64,000 nt of DNA. It comes from Marinicella sp. (GTDB lineage: Bacteria > Pseudomonadota > Gammaproteobacteria > Xanthomonadales > Marinicellaceae). Shown here piece by piece: positions 13,834-23,626 of this stretch. The position numbers were made by a program, and so were the translations under genes. The DNA lies in contig OZ246001.1 in NCBI GenBank assembly GCA_965230295.1, forward strand, positions 2,176,001 through 2,240,000, in the 5' to 3' direction. Under the pieces are notes generated by a model. The model worked only from the letters and a program-made list of their open reading frames with translations, had not been told where the DNA came from and ran no database searches. How positions within the stretch are numbered: position 1 is the first letter of the stretch; every line of letters starts with the position of its first letter.

Positions 13834-14654
13834 GAGTACAAATGATCCAAAAAGCCATTAATAAGGATTTGCACTTTGGCCGCGGCTTTGGGTGCGTATT
13901 CTAAAGTTTGTTCGTGACTGAGACGGGCATCGTCCATGCCAGCGCCATAGTTGGTGATGATCGACATGGCAGCCACTTTCATGTCGTGATATCTGGCCAG
14001 GATGGTTTCAGGTACCGTAGACATGCCCACGGCATCAGCACCCATCATGCGAATGGCGCGAATTTCAGCCGGTGTTTCAAATTGTGGTCCGACCATCCAC
14101 GCGTACACGCCTTGGGCCAGGTGGATGTCGTTTTTTTCTGCAATCTGACGTAAATGGTAACGGTATTGTGCATCATAGGCTTTACCCATGTTGACAAAAC
14201 GGCGATCATCAGGAACCCCGAACAAGGGCGATTGACCGGTGAAGTTGATGTAGTCCTTGATCAACATCACTGAGCCAGGTGGTGAATTAAGCAGTGACCC
14301 TGCGGCATTGGTGAGGATCAAGGTTTCAACTCCCATGGCTTTTAAAGTCGCAATCACGGGTGCCATGGCATTGGCTTCACCCTGCTCATAAAAGTGGATG
14401 CGGCCATTCAAGATGATCAATTGGTGACCATTCATTTGGGTCAGCAGCATAGAACCAGAGTGTCCGGCGACACTGGGTTCTGGAAAGCCTGGAATTTCAC
14501 TGTATGGAATGTCAGCCAGAATTTCGGCTTTTTCAGTCACCGAACCCAAGCCTGAGCCCAGGATCATCGCAACTTTGGCATGGTAACCAGACATCTGGTT
14601 ACTGATCATTGCAGCTGCCTGAACAGCCTGTTGTTCTGCTGGGTTATTCGCCAT
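13830..14654 (-). CDS. punA: Purine-nucleoside phosphorylase (trimeric PNP/XapA type)
   Basis: [41 protein letters not shown]. Confidence 0.9.
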   Translation of the reverse strand: MANNPAEQQAVQAAAMISNQMSGYHAKVAMILGSGLGSVTEKAEILADIPYSEIPGFPEPSVAGHSGSMLLTQMNGHQLIILNGRIHFYEQGEANAMAPVIATLKAMGVETLILTNAAGSLLNSPPGSVMLIKDYINFTGQSPLFGVPDDRRFVNMGKAYDAQYRYHLRQIAEKNDIHLAQGVYAWMVGPQFETPAEIRAIRMMGADAVGMSTVPETILARYHDMKVAAMSIITNYGAGMDDARLSHEQTLEYAPKAAAKVQILINGFLDHLYS

Positions 14655-17001
14655 AGGGTGTCCAGATGTTTTTGACTTGTGAAGCCTGGCGCAGAAATTC
14701 TTGGCCTTGTCCTGCTTTGAGCCAGTCTATTGGTGCTTGTTGGACCCAGGTGCGTTTTAAATTGGTGGCCGATTCCCGTTCTGTGGTCTCGCTGTCACCG
14801 CCAAAGGCCCAAATGGCATCCACATTCATGTGGCCGGCCAGTGGCTTGGCCAATTCTGCTTGGTTGCCACTGATGATATTGACCGTACCAGCCGGCACAT
14901 CAGAAGTGTTCAACACTTGATAAAAATCCAGGGCTGGTAGTGGGAAGTTTTCGGCGGCAGTCATCACCACCCGGTTACCCATCGCCATGGCAGGGGCCAA
15001 TAATGAAATGAAACTGAGTAAGGGCGCTTCATTGGGGCATTGGATACCAATCACCCCAATCGGTTCATGCATGGCCATGGCCACACCTCGCAGTGGCACG
15101 CTGTGAACTTGTCCATCGTATTTATCGCACCAGGCGGCGTAATAACTTAATCGTTGAATGGCTGCTTCAACTTCAGTTTCTGCTTGTTTTTTACTGTGTC
15201 CATAAGACATCAATCGATCGATGAATTCAGCCTGACGATAGGTCAGGTTTTCCGCCATAAAATACATCACCTGTTGTCTTTGGTAGGCATTCATCTGTGG
15301 CCAGGCTTTACTGCTGGCAGCTGCTTCTACGGCATTTCGGATGTCTTTGCGATTGCCTAAACCGGCATGGGTGATCAGTTGGCCTTTGTGGTTGTGAATG
15401 GCATAGGAATAGCCACCATCCGGACGCGCTTGTTTGCCGCCGATGAACATTTTGGGCGTTTTGTCCATGCCCTGAACGGGTTCAATCGCCTGGTTGGTTT
15501 GTTTTGTAGATACTTTGGTTTGCTTGGTTTTACCGGTTGTTAACTGCAGGTATTCATACAAGCCTTCTTTACCACCTTCGCGACCAAAACCTGACTCTTT
15601 GACACCACCAAATCCAGCCGAGGCATCAAACAGGTTGGTGCAGTTGATCCACACCACACCAGCCTGAACCAAGGGAGCCAAATGCATCGCCATGTTGATG
15701 TTTTCGCTCCAGATACTGGCAGCCAAGCCATACCTTGAATTGTTGGCCAAAGCCACCGCTTCACTGGGTGTTCGGAAAGTCATTGAAACCAGCACAGGGC
15801 CAAAAATTTCATCTTGAACCACTTGATCGGAAGGAGAGACATCGGTCAATAATGTGGGAGGGTAAAAACACCCTTGTTTGGGCAAAGCGGTCTTGGATTG
15901 AGTCAAGCAAGCACCAGCATCCACCCCTGCTTGCACCAAAGTGGCAATTTTTTGTTGTTGTCTGGGGTCAATGATGGCACCCATATCAATGGATTTGTCC
16001 AGTGGATCGCCCAAGCGCAGTTTATTCATGCGGCTGATTAATTTTTTATGAAAGCGTACAGCTACGGCCTCTTGTACCAACAGTCTTGATCCAGCACAAC
16101 ACACTTGGCCCTGATTGAACCAGATGGCATCTACCACACCTTCAACAGCGGCATCCAGGTCGGCATCTGCACACACTATGAAAGCTGATTTACCACCCAA
16201 TTCCAAAGACAATTTTTTACCGCTGCCAGCAGTGGCTTGTCTGATCCAGCGGCCCACTGCAGTGGACCCGGTAAAAGCAATTTTTTTGATGTCCGGGTGT
16301 TGCACAATGTGTTGACCCGTTTGACCATCTCCGGTAACCACATTCAGCACACCTTTAGGTAAACCAGCCTGTTGACAGATCTCAGCAAACAACAGGGCTG
16401 TTAAAGAGGTGAATTCTGCCGGTTTGATGACAATGGTGTTGCCTGTGGCCAGAGCCGGCGCTATTTTCCAAGCCAACATCAGCAGCGGGAAATTCCAGGG
16501 GATGATCTGACCCACCACACCCAGTGCTTCATGGTCAGGTAATTCTGTGTCCAGTATTTGTGCCCAACCGGCATGGTGGTAGAAATGACGTACTGCCAAT
16601 GGCACGTCAATGTCTCGGCTTTCGCGGATTGGTTTACCGTTGTCGAGGGTTTCAAGCACCGCAAACAATCTGGAGTTTTTTTGGATCAATCGGGCAATGG
16701 CGTAGAGGTATTCACCCCTTGTATGACCGGATAATGCTTGCCATTTGGGCAGGGCTTTCTCAGCAGCTTTTACGGCTTCATTAACGGTTTTTTCATCGGC
16801 TTGTGCAACTTTGGCCAATAACTTACCAGAGGCGGGGTTGTTGCTGGCAAAATGCTTTTTACCTGCTTGCCATTCACCGCCTATGAAATGCTGCATTTTA
16901 TTGTTATGCTGAGCCAGCCAGTCAAGGGCCAGGTCAGGTGATTCAGGTGCTTTGCCGTAGTCCATGTTTTCGAATATGTCTTTGATGTTCATTGTTGTCA
17001 T
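14644..17001 (-). CDS. Aldehyde dehydrogenase, long ALDH16-type (full ALDH plus second partial ALDH repeat)
   Basis: PWNFP, FTGST, LELGGKS, GQVCCAGSR, EIFGPV in the N-terminal ~490 aa. The C-terminal ~280 aa repeats the NAD-binding fold without the catalytic motifs. Confidence 0.92.
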   Translation of the reverse strand: MTTMNIKDIFENMDYGKAPESPDLALDWLAQHNNKMQHFIGGEWQAGKKHFASNNPASGKLLAKVAQADEKTVNEAVKAAEKALPKWQALSGHTRGEYLYAIARLIQKNSRLFAVLETLDNGKPIRESRDIDVPLAVRHFYHHAGWAQILDTELPDHEALGVVGQIIPWNFPLLMLAWKIAPALATGNTIVIKPAEFTSLTALLFAEICQQAGLPKGVLNVVTGDGQTGQHIVQHPDIKKIAFTGSTAVGRWIRQATAGSGKKLSLELGGKSAFIVCADADLDAAVEGVVDAIWFNQGQVCCAGSRLLVQEAVAVRFHKKLISRMNKLRLGDPLDKSIDMGAIIDPRQQQKIATLVQAGVDAGACLTQSKTALPKQGCFYPPTLLTDVSPSDQVVQDEIFGPVLVSMTFRTPSEAVALANNSRYGLAASIWSENINMAMHLAPLVQAGVVWINCTNLFDASAGFGGVKESGFGREGGKEGLYEYLQLTTGKTKQTKVSTKQTNQAIEPVQGMDKTPKMFIGGKQARPDGGYSYAIHNHKGQLITHAGLGNRKDIRNAVEAAASSKAWPQMNAYQRQQVMYFMAENLTYRQAEFIDRLMSYGHSKKQAETEVEAAIQRLSYYAAWCDKYDGQVHSVPLRGVAMAMHEPIGVIGIQCPNEAPLLSFISLLAPAMAMGNRVVMTAAENFPLPALDFYQVLNTSDVPAGTVNIISGNQAELAKPLAGHMNVDAIWAFGGDSETTERESATNLKRTWVQQAPIDWLKAGQGQEFLRQASQVKNIWTPYGE

Positions 17002-17010
17002 AATAGCCTG

Positions 17011-17964
17011 TTAGCCCATCGCATGGCGGTGTGCCGCTGAATAATGTCCGGTGACTTGGTGTTCCAATTGGCGTTCTATGTCACCCAATAAGCTGGAGGC
17101 TCCAAAGCGAAACAGCTCAGGTTGTAACCAGTCATTGCCTAATTCTTCTTTCATCATTGATAAATAAACCAGTGCCTCTTTGGCTTTGCTGATGCCACCG
17201 GCCGGTTTGTAGCCCACTTGATAGCCAGTGCGCTCATGGTATTCACGAATTTGTCTGATCATGGTCAGGGATACGGGCAGGGTGGCATTGACCGACTCTT
17301 TCCCGGTTGATGTTTTGATGAAATCTGCCCCAGCCATCATACAGACCATAGATGCCTTGGCCACGTTTCGCAAAGTGGATATTTCCCCAGTCGACAAAAT
17401 GGTTTTCATGTGTGCATCTCCACAGGCTTCACGGTAGGCTTTCACTTCGTCATAAAGGGCTTGCCAGTTTTCTGCAAACACATGCTTTCTGGTGATCACG
17501 ATGTCAATCTCATCGGCACCCGCTTTAACCGATTCTTTGATTTCTTCGATTTTTAAATGCAATGGTGATAAGCCAGCTGGAAAACCGGTAGATACCGCTG
17601 CCAAATGGATGTCCGTTCCTTCAAGCGCCTTGGCAGCTGTGGTGAGCATGTCGTGATAAACGCAAATGGCACCTGTGGTCAATTGCAGATCGGCAATACC
17701 CAAAGCTTCGGCCAGGTCATGTCTGATGGGGTTTTTGGCTTTGGCACACAAACGCTTGACCCTAAGCTCGGTGTCATCGCCAGCCAAGGTGGTCAAGTCG
17801 ATTAAGGTGATGGCTTTAAGCAACCAGGCCACCTGGTTTTGTTTTTTCACACTGCGGCGCGTACCCAGGGTAGCGGCTCGCCGTTCTGTGGCACTTTTGT
17901 TCACTTGAATGGACTCGATCCAATCCATATTCAGGTCCATGCCTGGATTTCTCTCAATAGTCAT
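17011..17964 (-). CDS. deoC: Deoxyribose-phosphate aldolase (long, DERA-like)
   Basis: IDLTTLAGDDT, STGFPAG, GADEIDIVI, GADFIKTSTGK, KPAGGI, RFGASSLL. Confidence 0.96.
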   Translation of the reverse strand: MTIERNPGMDLNMDWIESIQVNKSATERRAATLGTRRSVKKQNQVAWLLKAITLIDLTTLAGDDTELRVKRLCAKAKNPIRHDLAEALGIADLQLTTGAICVYHDMLTTAAKALEGTDIHLAAVSTGFPAGLSPLHLKIEEIKESVKAGADEIDIVITRKHVFAENWQALYDEVKAYREACGDAHMKTILSTGEISTLRNVAKASMVCMMAGADFIKTSTGKESVNATLPVSLTMIRQIREYHERTGYQVGYKPAGGISKAKEALVYLSMMKEELGNDWLQPELFRFGASSLLGDIERQLEHQVTGHYSAAHRHAMG

Positions 17965-18050
17965 GTTGGCTATTTTACAACAATTCAGTAATTCCCTTGC
18001 GACTTGATTAAATTATGATGTCATAATGGTGTTTTTAGTTGGAGGATATT

Positions 18051-18398
18051 ATGGTTCAACCCATCGTGTTTTTCGATATTGCTGGTGAAGATGATGCATC
18101 TTTACAGCAATTTTATGCACAGGTGTTTGATTGGCAACTGGATGAAACGGGGCAAATTTCGGTGCCCATCAATTCACCGATCAATGGGGCATTTCGCAAA
18201 GACCCAACAGAAAAGCGTATTTACATTGGGGTGCCAGATATTGATGCCACTTTAAAGCAGATCAGTGATTTGGGCGGTACCATAGATGCATCGAGGTTCG
18301 AAGTACCAGGCGTGGTCGTTTTGGGGTTGTTCAAAGACCCTGCAGGCAATGAGATGGGCTTGGTAGAGCTGAATGGGGCAGATGTAAAGATCCCGTAA
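18051..18398 (+). CDS. VOC/glyoxalase family protein
   Basis: IVFFDIAG..FYAQVFDW...IYIGVPDID...GG...FKDPAGNEMGL; GGAGGA RBS before ATG 18051. Confidence 0.85.
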   Translation: MVQPIVFFDIAGEDDASLQQFYAQVFDWQLDETGQISVPINSPINGAFRKDPTEKRIYIGVPDIDATLKQISDLGGTIDASRFEVPGVVVLGLFKDPAGNEMGLVELNGADVKIP

Positions 18399-18515
18399 AT
18401 TGACTTGAATAGAACGTTTGAAACTCATGAATTTGTGATTCAGTGCATAAAAATGGCCGTTTGACTGTTGTTAAGATGGGCGCAAAATATAACAACAAAA
18501 CAAGAGGGCCTGTCC

Positions 18516-18743
18516 ATGAAAAAATTAAAATTGCATGTTGTCGAATCTGCTGAACAGCCACCCACATGCCCCATTGCATTGGCTCAGGTGATTGATTCAA
18601 CCGATCAAAAAGACACCATTGACCACCAGGATATCCGTTCTTTGACCCAATTGATTTTGCGGGTCAGGCCAGAACATGTGGATGAAGCTCTTCAAGCCAA
18701 AATGGCTGCCATCATGCAAAAGGTCAGGGCCCAAACAGCCTGA
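18516..18743 (+). CDS. Small hypothetical protein
   Basis: 75-aa ORF with GAGGG RBS before ATG 18516; no recognised motif. Confidence 0.55.
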   Translation: MKKLKLHVVESAEQPPTCPIALAQVIDSTDQKDTIDHQDIRSLTQLILRVRPEHVDEALQAKMAAIMQKVRAQTA

Positions 18744-18758
18744 AAAGATGCTGAGGCA

Positions 18759-19130
18759 TCATTCATCAAACAATGAGCCCGGGCCAGGGTAGGTCAGAAT
18801 ATACTCAATGTCTGTCACTGACTGCCGCCAGCGATGGATTAATAATTGACGCTTTTCTTCCCCTGCATCGGAAAGTTGATAGTACTTTCTGGGTCTAGAG
18901 TCACCTTCTATTAACCACTCAGCCTCGACCAAACCGTCCCGTGTTAGGCGATCAAGCAATGGATACAAGGTGCCTTCTGAAATTTGCATGGAATCAAATT
19001 GATGCAAAGATTTCAGCAGTTCCAAGCCATAAATTTGCCTATCCTTTAAAATAGCCAGCACGACCAGTTCCAGTGTTCCTTTGCGGAGTTGCGCGTCCCA
19101 CTTAGTGTCGTCAATTTCATCTATAACCAT
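18759..19130 (-). CDS. PadR family transcriptional regulator
   Basis: WDAQLRKGTLELVVL...YGLEL...EGTLYPLLDRL...RPRKYYQL. Confidence 0.92.
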   Translation of the reverse strand: MVIDEIDDTKWDAQLRKGTLELVVLAILKDRQIYGLELLKSLHQFDSMQISEGTLYPLLDRLTRDGLVEAEWLIEGDSRPRKYYQLSDAGEEKRQLLIHRWRQSVTDIEYILTYPGPGSLFDE

Positions 19131-19236
19131 GGATAAAATAATAATATGTAATGAATATATAAATAATAAAACATATTACATGGTTATGCAAGGTATAAGG
19201 TTAATTCGCCCGATGTGAGGATATATGGTGGGGTTA

Positions 19237-19737
19237 CTACAAACAATAAGTTTTGATCACTTTTTCTAAACGAGGGTATTTGTTCAGCATATGGTCTTTT
19301 TCTGCCAATTCAAAATCAGTAAACTCAAACCCAGGCGCCACTGTACAACCCACTAAAGCAAAGCCTTTTGGGTCGTCTACACTGGCAGCAAACCAATCCC
19401 CAGCTGAAACCACATGCTGAAATGATTGACCTTGATCCGGGTCGGGGCCGAGCTTCAGTTTTTGATAATCACCCTGTGGGTTGATGACATGGACGGTCAA
19501 GCTGGAGCCTTGATAAAAATGCCAAAGCTCATCCTGTTTGATGCGATGAAAGGCAGAAAAATTCGGTGCGTCCAGCAGGTAATATATGGCAGTTGAAAAA
19601 CAATGGTCTTGATCAAACCGCTCAGGCAAATCTTTGGCAGGCATACTTTCTTTGCACCGGTAAGTTTCTTTGAAGTAACCGCCTTCTGGATGAGGTTCTA
19701 GTTTTAAATAATCGATCCAGTATTGATACGTTTTCAT
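19237..19737 (-). CDS. Cupin_5/DUF985 family protein
   Basis: LKLEPHPEGGYFKETYR, TAIYYLL, FHRIKQDELWHFYQG, LVGCTVAPGFEF. Confidence 0.9.
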   Translation of the reverse strand: MKTYQYWIDYLKLEPHPEGGYFKETYRCKESMPAKDLPERFDQDHCFSTAIYYLLDAPNFSAFHRIKQDELWHFYQGSSLTVHVINPQGDYQKLKLGPDPDQGQSFQHVVSAGDWFAASVDDPKGFALVGCTVAPGFEFTDFELAEKDHMLNKYPRLEKVIKTYCL

Positions 19738-19773
19738 CGTTGGTTCTTTACTTTGATTTCGCGCACTTTGACC

Positions 19774-19858
19774 CCGTACACTTCGACTCCGCTCAGGGTA
19801 CGGATGGTTCGTTGACTGAGTACTTCGACTGTGCTCAGCACAGGCTGCGTCGAAGTCA
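19774..19858. repeat. REP-like CTTCGAC..GCTCAG cluster with a nested copy
   Basis: CTTCGACTCCGCTCAG (19781-96), CTTCGACTGTGCTCAG (19823-38), and an inverted copy CTGAG|CTGCGTCGAAG split by the second one. Confidence 0.8.
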
Positions 19859-19861
19859 TTG

Positions 19862-20893
19862 TCATGACAATTGCTCCAGACTCCACCTTGGATAGGCTTT
19901 GATCAAACTGTTCTGTTCAATGTGCTTATTGGCGAATCGCATGGCGCCAGCTACGGCAATCATGGCACCGTTATCGGTACAATATTTCAAGGATGGAAAG
20001 TACGATTTGAACCGGTGTTTTTGGCCCATCTTTGCAAGTGTTTCTCTTAAAGAAATGTTGGCACTGACACCGCCAGAAATAACCAACTCATGGTGGCCGG
20101 TTTGTTTGATGCCGCGTAAACATTTTTTACTTAAGGTGTCGATCACAGCCAATTGGAAACAAGCGGCAATGTCGGCTTTGAGTTGTTCAATCTCAGTTTC
20201 ATTTTTACAATGTTGTTTTTCTTGTTCGAACGTTACTCGGGTGTGCGTTTTCAAACCTGAGAAACTGAATGCCAAGCCCGGTCGATTCATCATGGGTCGG
20301 GGAAACTTAAAACGTGTGTCATCACCTTGTTCTGCCAATTCAGCTATGTAGCGACCACCTGGGTAAGGCAGGCCCAACATCTTGGCCGTTTTGTCAAAAG
20401 CTTCTCCGGCGGCATCATCCAGGGTGTCGCCTAAGATTTGATAGTCGCCTAAGCCCTGAACATCAACCAATAGGGTATGGCCACCTGAAACCAACAAGCA
20501 CAGAAAAGGGAAGCTGGGTTGATCTTCTTCCAACAAAGGCGCCATCAGATGACCTTCCATGTGGTGTACCTCTACGGCAGGTAGGTCCAAGGCCCAAGCC
20601 AAAGATTTACCCACGCAGGCGCCTACCAGTAATGCGCCGACCAAGCCAGGGCCGGCGGTGTAAGCCACTGCATCCAAATCTTGTGGCTTCAAACCAGCTT
20701 CTTCACAGGTTTGTTGAATCAAGGGCACGATTTTGATGACGTGATCCCGTGATGCCAGTTCGGGCACCACACCACCATATTGGGCATGCAATTCAATCTG
20801 GCTGTACAGTTGATCTGCGATCAAACCCTTTTCAGTATCGTAAATGGCGATACCGGTTTCATCACAAGATGACTCTATGCCCAGAATTTTCAC
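19862..20893 (-). CDS. tsaD: tRNA t6A37 threonylcarbamoyltransferase TsaD
   Basis: [59 protein letters not shown] start overlaps the nitroreductase stop. Confidence 0.98.
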   Translation of the reverse strand: MKILGIESSCDETGIAIYDTEKGLIADQLYSQIELHAQYGGVVPELASRDHVIKIVPLIQQTCEEAGLKPQDLDAVAYTAGPGLVGALLVGACVGKSLAWALDLPAVEVHHMEGHLMAPLLEEDQPSFPFLCLLVSGGHTLLVDVQGLGDYQILGDTLDDAAGEAFDKTAKMLGLPYPGGRYIAELAEQGDDTRFKFPRPMMNRPGLAFSFSGLKTHTRVTFEQEKQHCKNETEIEQLKADIAACFQLAVIDTLSKKCLRGIKQTGHHELVISGGVSANISLRETLAKMGQKHRFKSYFPSLKYCTDNGAMIAVAGAMRFANKHIEQNSLIKAYPRWSLEQLS

Positions 20894-21471
20894 TGTCCGT
20901 TCCAATGCGTGACCACATCTTCGAGCTTGGGTCGTTGTCGGTCTTGTGGTTTTTCATCGCATGAACCAATGTAGATATAACCCGCAATGAATTCGTTGTC
21001 TTGTAAACCCAAAGTATCCTGAGCTGTGGGGTCCAAACAGGACCACCCAGTCACCCATTGGCTGGCAAAGCCCAAAGAGCCTGCAGCGATGTTGATGTTC
21101 TGACAGACAGCGCCAGCCGATAATATTTGTTCGACTTCAGGGGTCCTGTGTTCAACAGGTGAAGCAATGACTGCAATAACCAATGGTGCCCGCATAAAAC
21201 AGTCTTTTTCAATATCAACTTGAATTTTTTCCATGGCTTCTTTGGCAGCTTTCACTGATGCCAGTTTTTCCCCAAATGATTTTCTGGCCTCGCCTTGTAG
21301 TATCAGGAATCGCCAAGGTTGCAATTTTCGGTGGTCCGGAACTCTGGTAGCTATGGTCAAAATGGTTTTCAGATCCTCAGCATCGGGACCGGGTTCCGTC
21401 ATGTTTTTAATCAACACGGAACGGCGATTAAGCATAAAGTCTGTTACTGATGGGTGGGTATTTCGGTTCAT
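20890..21471 (-). CDS. Nitroreductase family protein (YdjA-like)
   Basis: [36 protein letters not shown]. Confidence 0.9.
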   Translation of the reverse strand: MNRNTHPSVTDFMLNRRSVLIKNMTEPGPDAEDLKTILTIATRVPDHRKLQPWRFLILQGEARKSFGEKLASVKAAKEAMEKIQVDIEKDCFMRAPLVIAVIASPVEHRTPEVEQILSAGAVCQNINIAAGSLGFASQWVTGWSCLDPTAQDTLGLQDNEFIAGYIYIGSCDEKPQDRQRPKLEDVVTHWNGQ

Positions 21472-21610
21472 TGTTACTGTGTATAAATTTATTATTTCGC
21501 CAATTATAAATTATTGAGTCTGGAGTTGAACAATCAATTTGAAATCAATGCTGGTGTGATAAAATGTATTTGTGTTAACGATCAGATTGATCTGTGAGGA
21601 GTGAACATAC

Positions 21611-22060
21611 ATGATTGAACTACAGGGTGCATGTCAATGTGGACATGTTAAATTTGATGTCGCTGGCCAACCCAAATTTCGGATGCTGTGTCACTGCACC
21701 ATTTGTCAGGCTTTTAACCAAGCCCCGCATGCCGATGTTGTGGTGTTTAAAACAGCTCAAATTCAAACGCCATCATCCGATCATGTGACTTTCAAAACCA
21801 TGAAGCGACCGCCTAATGTGAAACGTGGTGCCTGTCTTCAATGCGGCCAAGCCGCCATTGAAGTGTTTGACATGCCTTTGTTCCCCAAATTAACCATGGT
21901 ACCTGCTGGTATGTTTGCTCATGCTGAAAATTTACCTGGCCCAGTGGCGCATATGTTTTATGAGTCAAGGATTTCAAACCATGATGATCACATACCGAAG
22001 TACCGTGGATTTCTGCGCAGCCAGCTGGTGTTTTTTAAATATTTATGGAAGGCCGGATAA
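21611..22060 (+). CDS. GFA (CENP-V/glutathione-dependent formaldehyde-activating) family Zn protein
   Basis: GACQCG, CHCTICQ, CLQCG zinc ligands; GAGGAG RBS. Confidence 0.88.
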   Translation: MIELQGACQCGHVKFDVAGQPKFRMLCHCTICQAFNQAPHADVVVFKTAQIQTPSSDHVTFKTMKRPPNVKRGACLQCGQAAIEVFDMPLFPKLTMVPAGMFAHAENLPGPVAHMFYESRISNHDDHIPKYRGFLRSQLVFFKYLWKAG

Positions 22061-22065
22061 AGGAT

Positions 22066-22557
22066 TTATTGGTTTTTCCTTTTGGTTTTGGCTGATATTC
22101 TCATGGTGATGTCAGCATGAAACACCTCTTCTCCTGCCTCATCAAATACCGAGACGGGCATGATGACATCTTGGTCATCTACCCATTGGTAGTCATCAAT
22201 TTTACACACAGCACGTAGGTCGGTTTTCGCCAGTTTTAGATATTGAACGGTCATTCCAACGGGAATCCAACGCATGTTGGCTGACAGGGAAACATCCAGG
22301 CAAACACCGCCAGCCAGTTCTGCTGCATTACACATGGCAATGGCATGAACTGTTTTGAGGTGGTTTTGTACCCGACGTCGCTTTTTGAATGACACCACCA
22401 CTTGACCGGCTTGTACTTGTTTGAAAATGGGTTTTATTGAATTGAAATAGGGGGCTTTGAGACAGATCATTTTTGTGACCAACCAACGGCCAAAAGCATT
22501 TTTACCGAACAGCTTCCACATTTTTAAAATGGGACTTTTAGATGCGACATAGGTCAT
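22066..22557 (-). CDS. Hotdog-fold thioesterase (DUF4442/PaaI-like)
   Basis: APYFNSIKP, NHLKTVHAIAMCNAAELAGG, RWIPVGMTVQYL. Confidence 0.88.
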   Translation of the reverse strand: MTYVASKSPILKMWKLFGKNAFGRWLVTKMICLKAPYFNSIKPIFKQVQAGQVVVSFKKRRRVQNHLKTVHAIAMCNAAELAGGVCLDVSLSANMRWIPVGMTVQYLKLAKTDLRAVCKIDDYQWVDDQDVIMPVSVFDEAGEEVFHADITMRISAKTKRKNQ

Positions 22558-22560
22558 GAT

Positions 22561-22992
22561 TTATTCCTCCTGGTTGAATTGGGTGGTGATGTGTTGTAGA
22601 AAACGAGACACGGTTTCAAGTTCGTCCTCGGAAAACCCTTGGTTGATGGAAGTGTTGACTGTTTTGAGTAAACCAAGACCTTGAAACAGTTTGGACCTGC
22701 CGAGCTCTGTAGAGAAAATGAGGTTGGAACGGGAGTCCGCTGCATTGGTTTTTTTAATGATGAGGTCATTGGCCAGCATCCTCTTGGTCAAGCCGGTAAC
22801 GGCAGATTTGTCAATCATCAATGCATGGGCCAATTGTTTCATTGGGCAACCATTGTTTTCATTCAAAACCATCAAGGCCGTCAGTTGTACCACTGAAATT
22901 CCGAGCTGTTCCTGACAGCCGGCTTCTAAAAACTTCATCATGGTGTGTCTGGCTGCATTGATTTGGTAGATCAAACGTCTTTTTTGTTTCAT
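22561..22992 (-). CDS. MarR family transcriptional regulator
   Basis: wHTH LAHALMIDKSAVTGLTKRM...DSRSNLIFST.LG. Start re-assigned to ATG 22992. Confidence 0.9.
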   Translation of the reverse strand: MKQKRRLIYQINAARHTMMKFLEAGCQEQLGISVVQLTALMVLNENNGCPMKQLAHALMIDKSAVTGLTKRMLANDLIIKKTNAADSRSNLIFSTELGRSKLFQGLGLLKTVNTSINQGFSEDELETVSRFLQHITTQFNQEE

Positions 22993-22998
22993 ATGGGA

Positions 22999-23038
22999 AT
23001 GATAAAAATATATAGTTGACATGTCAACCATATATTTT
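22999..23038 (-). promoter_or_regulatory. Sigma70 promoter (TTGACA-17-TATCAT) overlapped by a 34-bp palindromic operator
   Basis: -35 at 23027-23022, -10 at 23004-22999. Palindrome AAAATATATAGTTGACATGTCAACCATATATTTT (23005-23038) has one mismatch. Confidence 0.8.
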
Positions 23039-23178
23039 GAATGAATGAGATCGATGGCTTTCCGATCTATAAATTGGTTTTTTCTTGATATTAAACATCA
23101 GATCAATAAAATTCGAATGATTGAAACAATAATCATTCTTTGTAAGCAAACAAACAAAAGACGCATATGGAAAAAAGC

Positions 23179-23613
23179 ATGAAAATTAAAGTGATGGTGG
23201 CTTTGCTGATTTTTTTGACTGTAGAAGTCAACGGCAAGATGTATAAGTGGGTTGATGAAAATGGCGTCACTCGTTATTCTCAAACTAAACCGGAAGGGAT
23301 TGAAACTTCAGAAATCAAAGTCAAAGGAATGCCTGATAAAAGTGATCAAACACAATCGGCAAGCAGTGGCAGTTCTTCAGTGCTCAATTGTCAGCAAGTG
23401 GTGAAACATGGGATCAGTTTGATGAAAAAGAAATATGTTCAACAATCAGGTGGACAGACCAGTTCGGTGCTGGCTTTTCTGGATGATCCGGGTTTTGTTG
23501 CTGATGGTGTCAAAGAGTGTAACAAAGACAAAAAAGACCCGGTAAAAGCTGCCCAATGGTTGTGTCAACAAAATGCCAAAACTTTTGACGAGGTAGAGGC
23601 TTGTGAAAAGTAA
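23179..23613 (+). CDS. DUF4124 domain-containing secreted protein
   Basis: Signal peptide then MYKWVDENGVTRYSQTKP; four Cys in the C-terminal part. Confidence 0.82.
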   Translation: MKIKVMVALLIFLTVEVNGKMYKWVDENGVTRYSQTKPEGIETSEIKVKGMPDKSDQTQSASSGSSSVLNCQQVVKHGISLMKKKYVQQSGGQTSSVLAFLDDPGFVADGVKECNKDKKDPVKAAQWLCQQNAKTFDEVEACEK

Positions 23614-23626
23614 ATATTGAGTCTCG

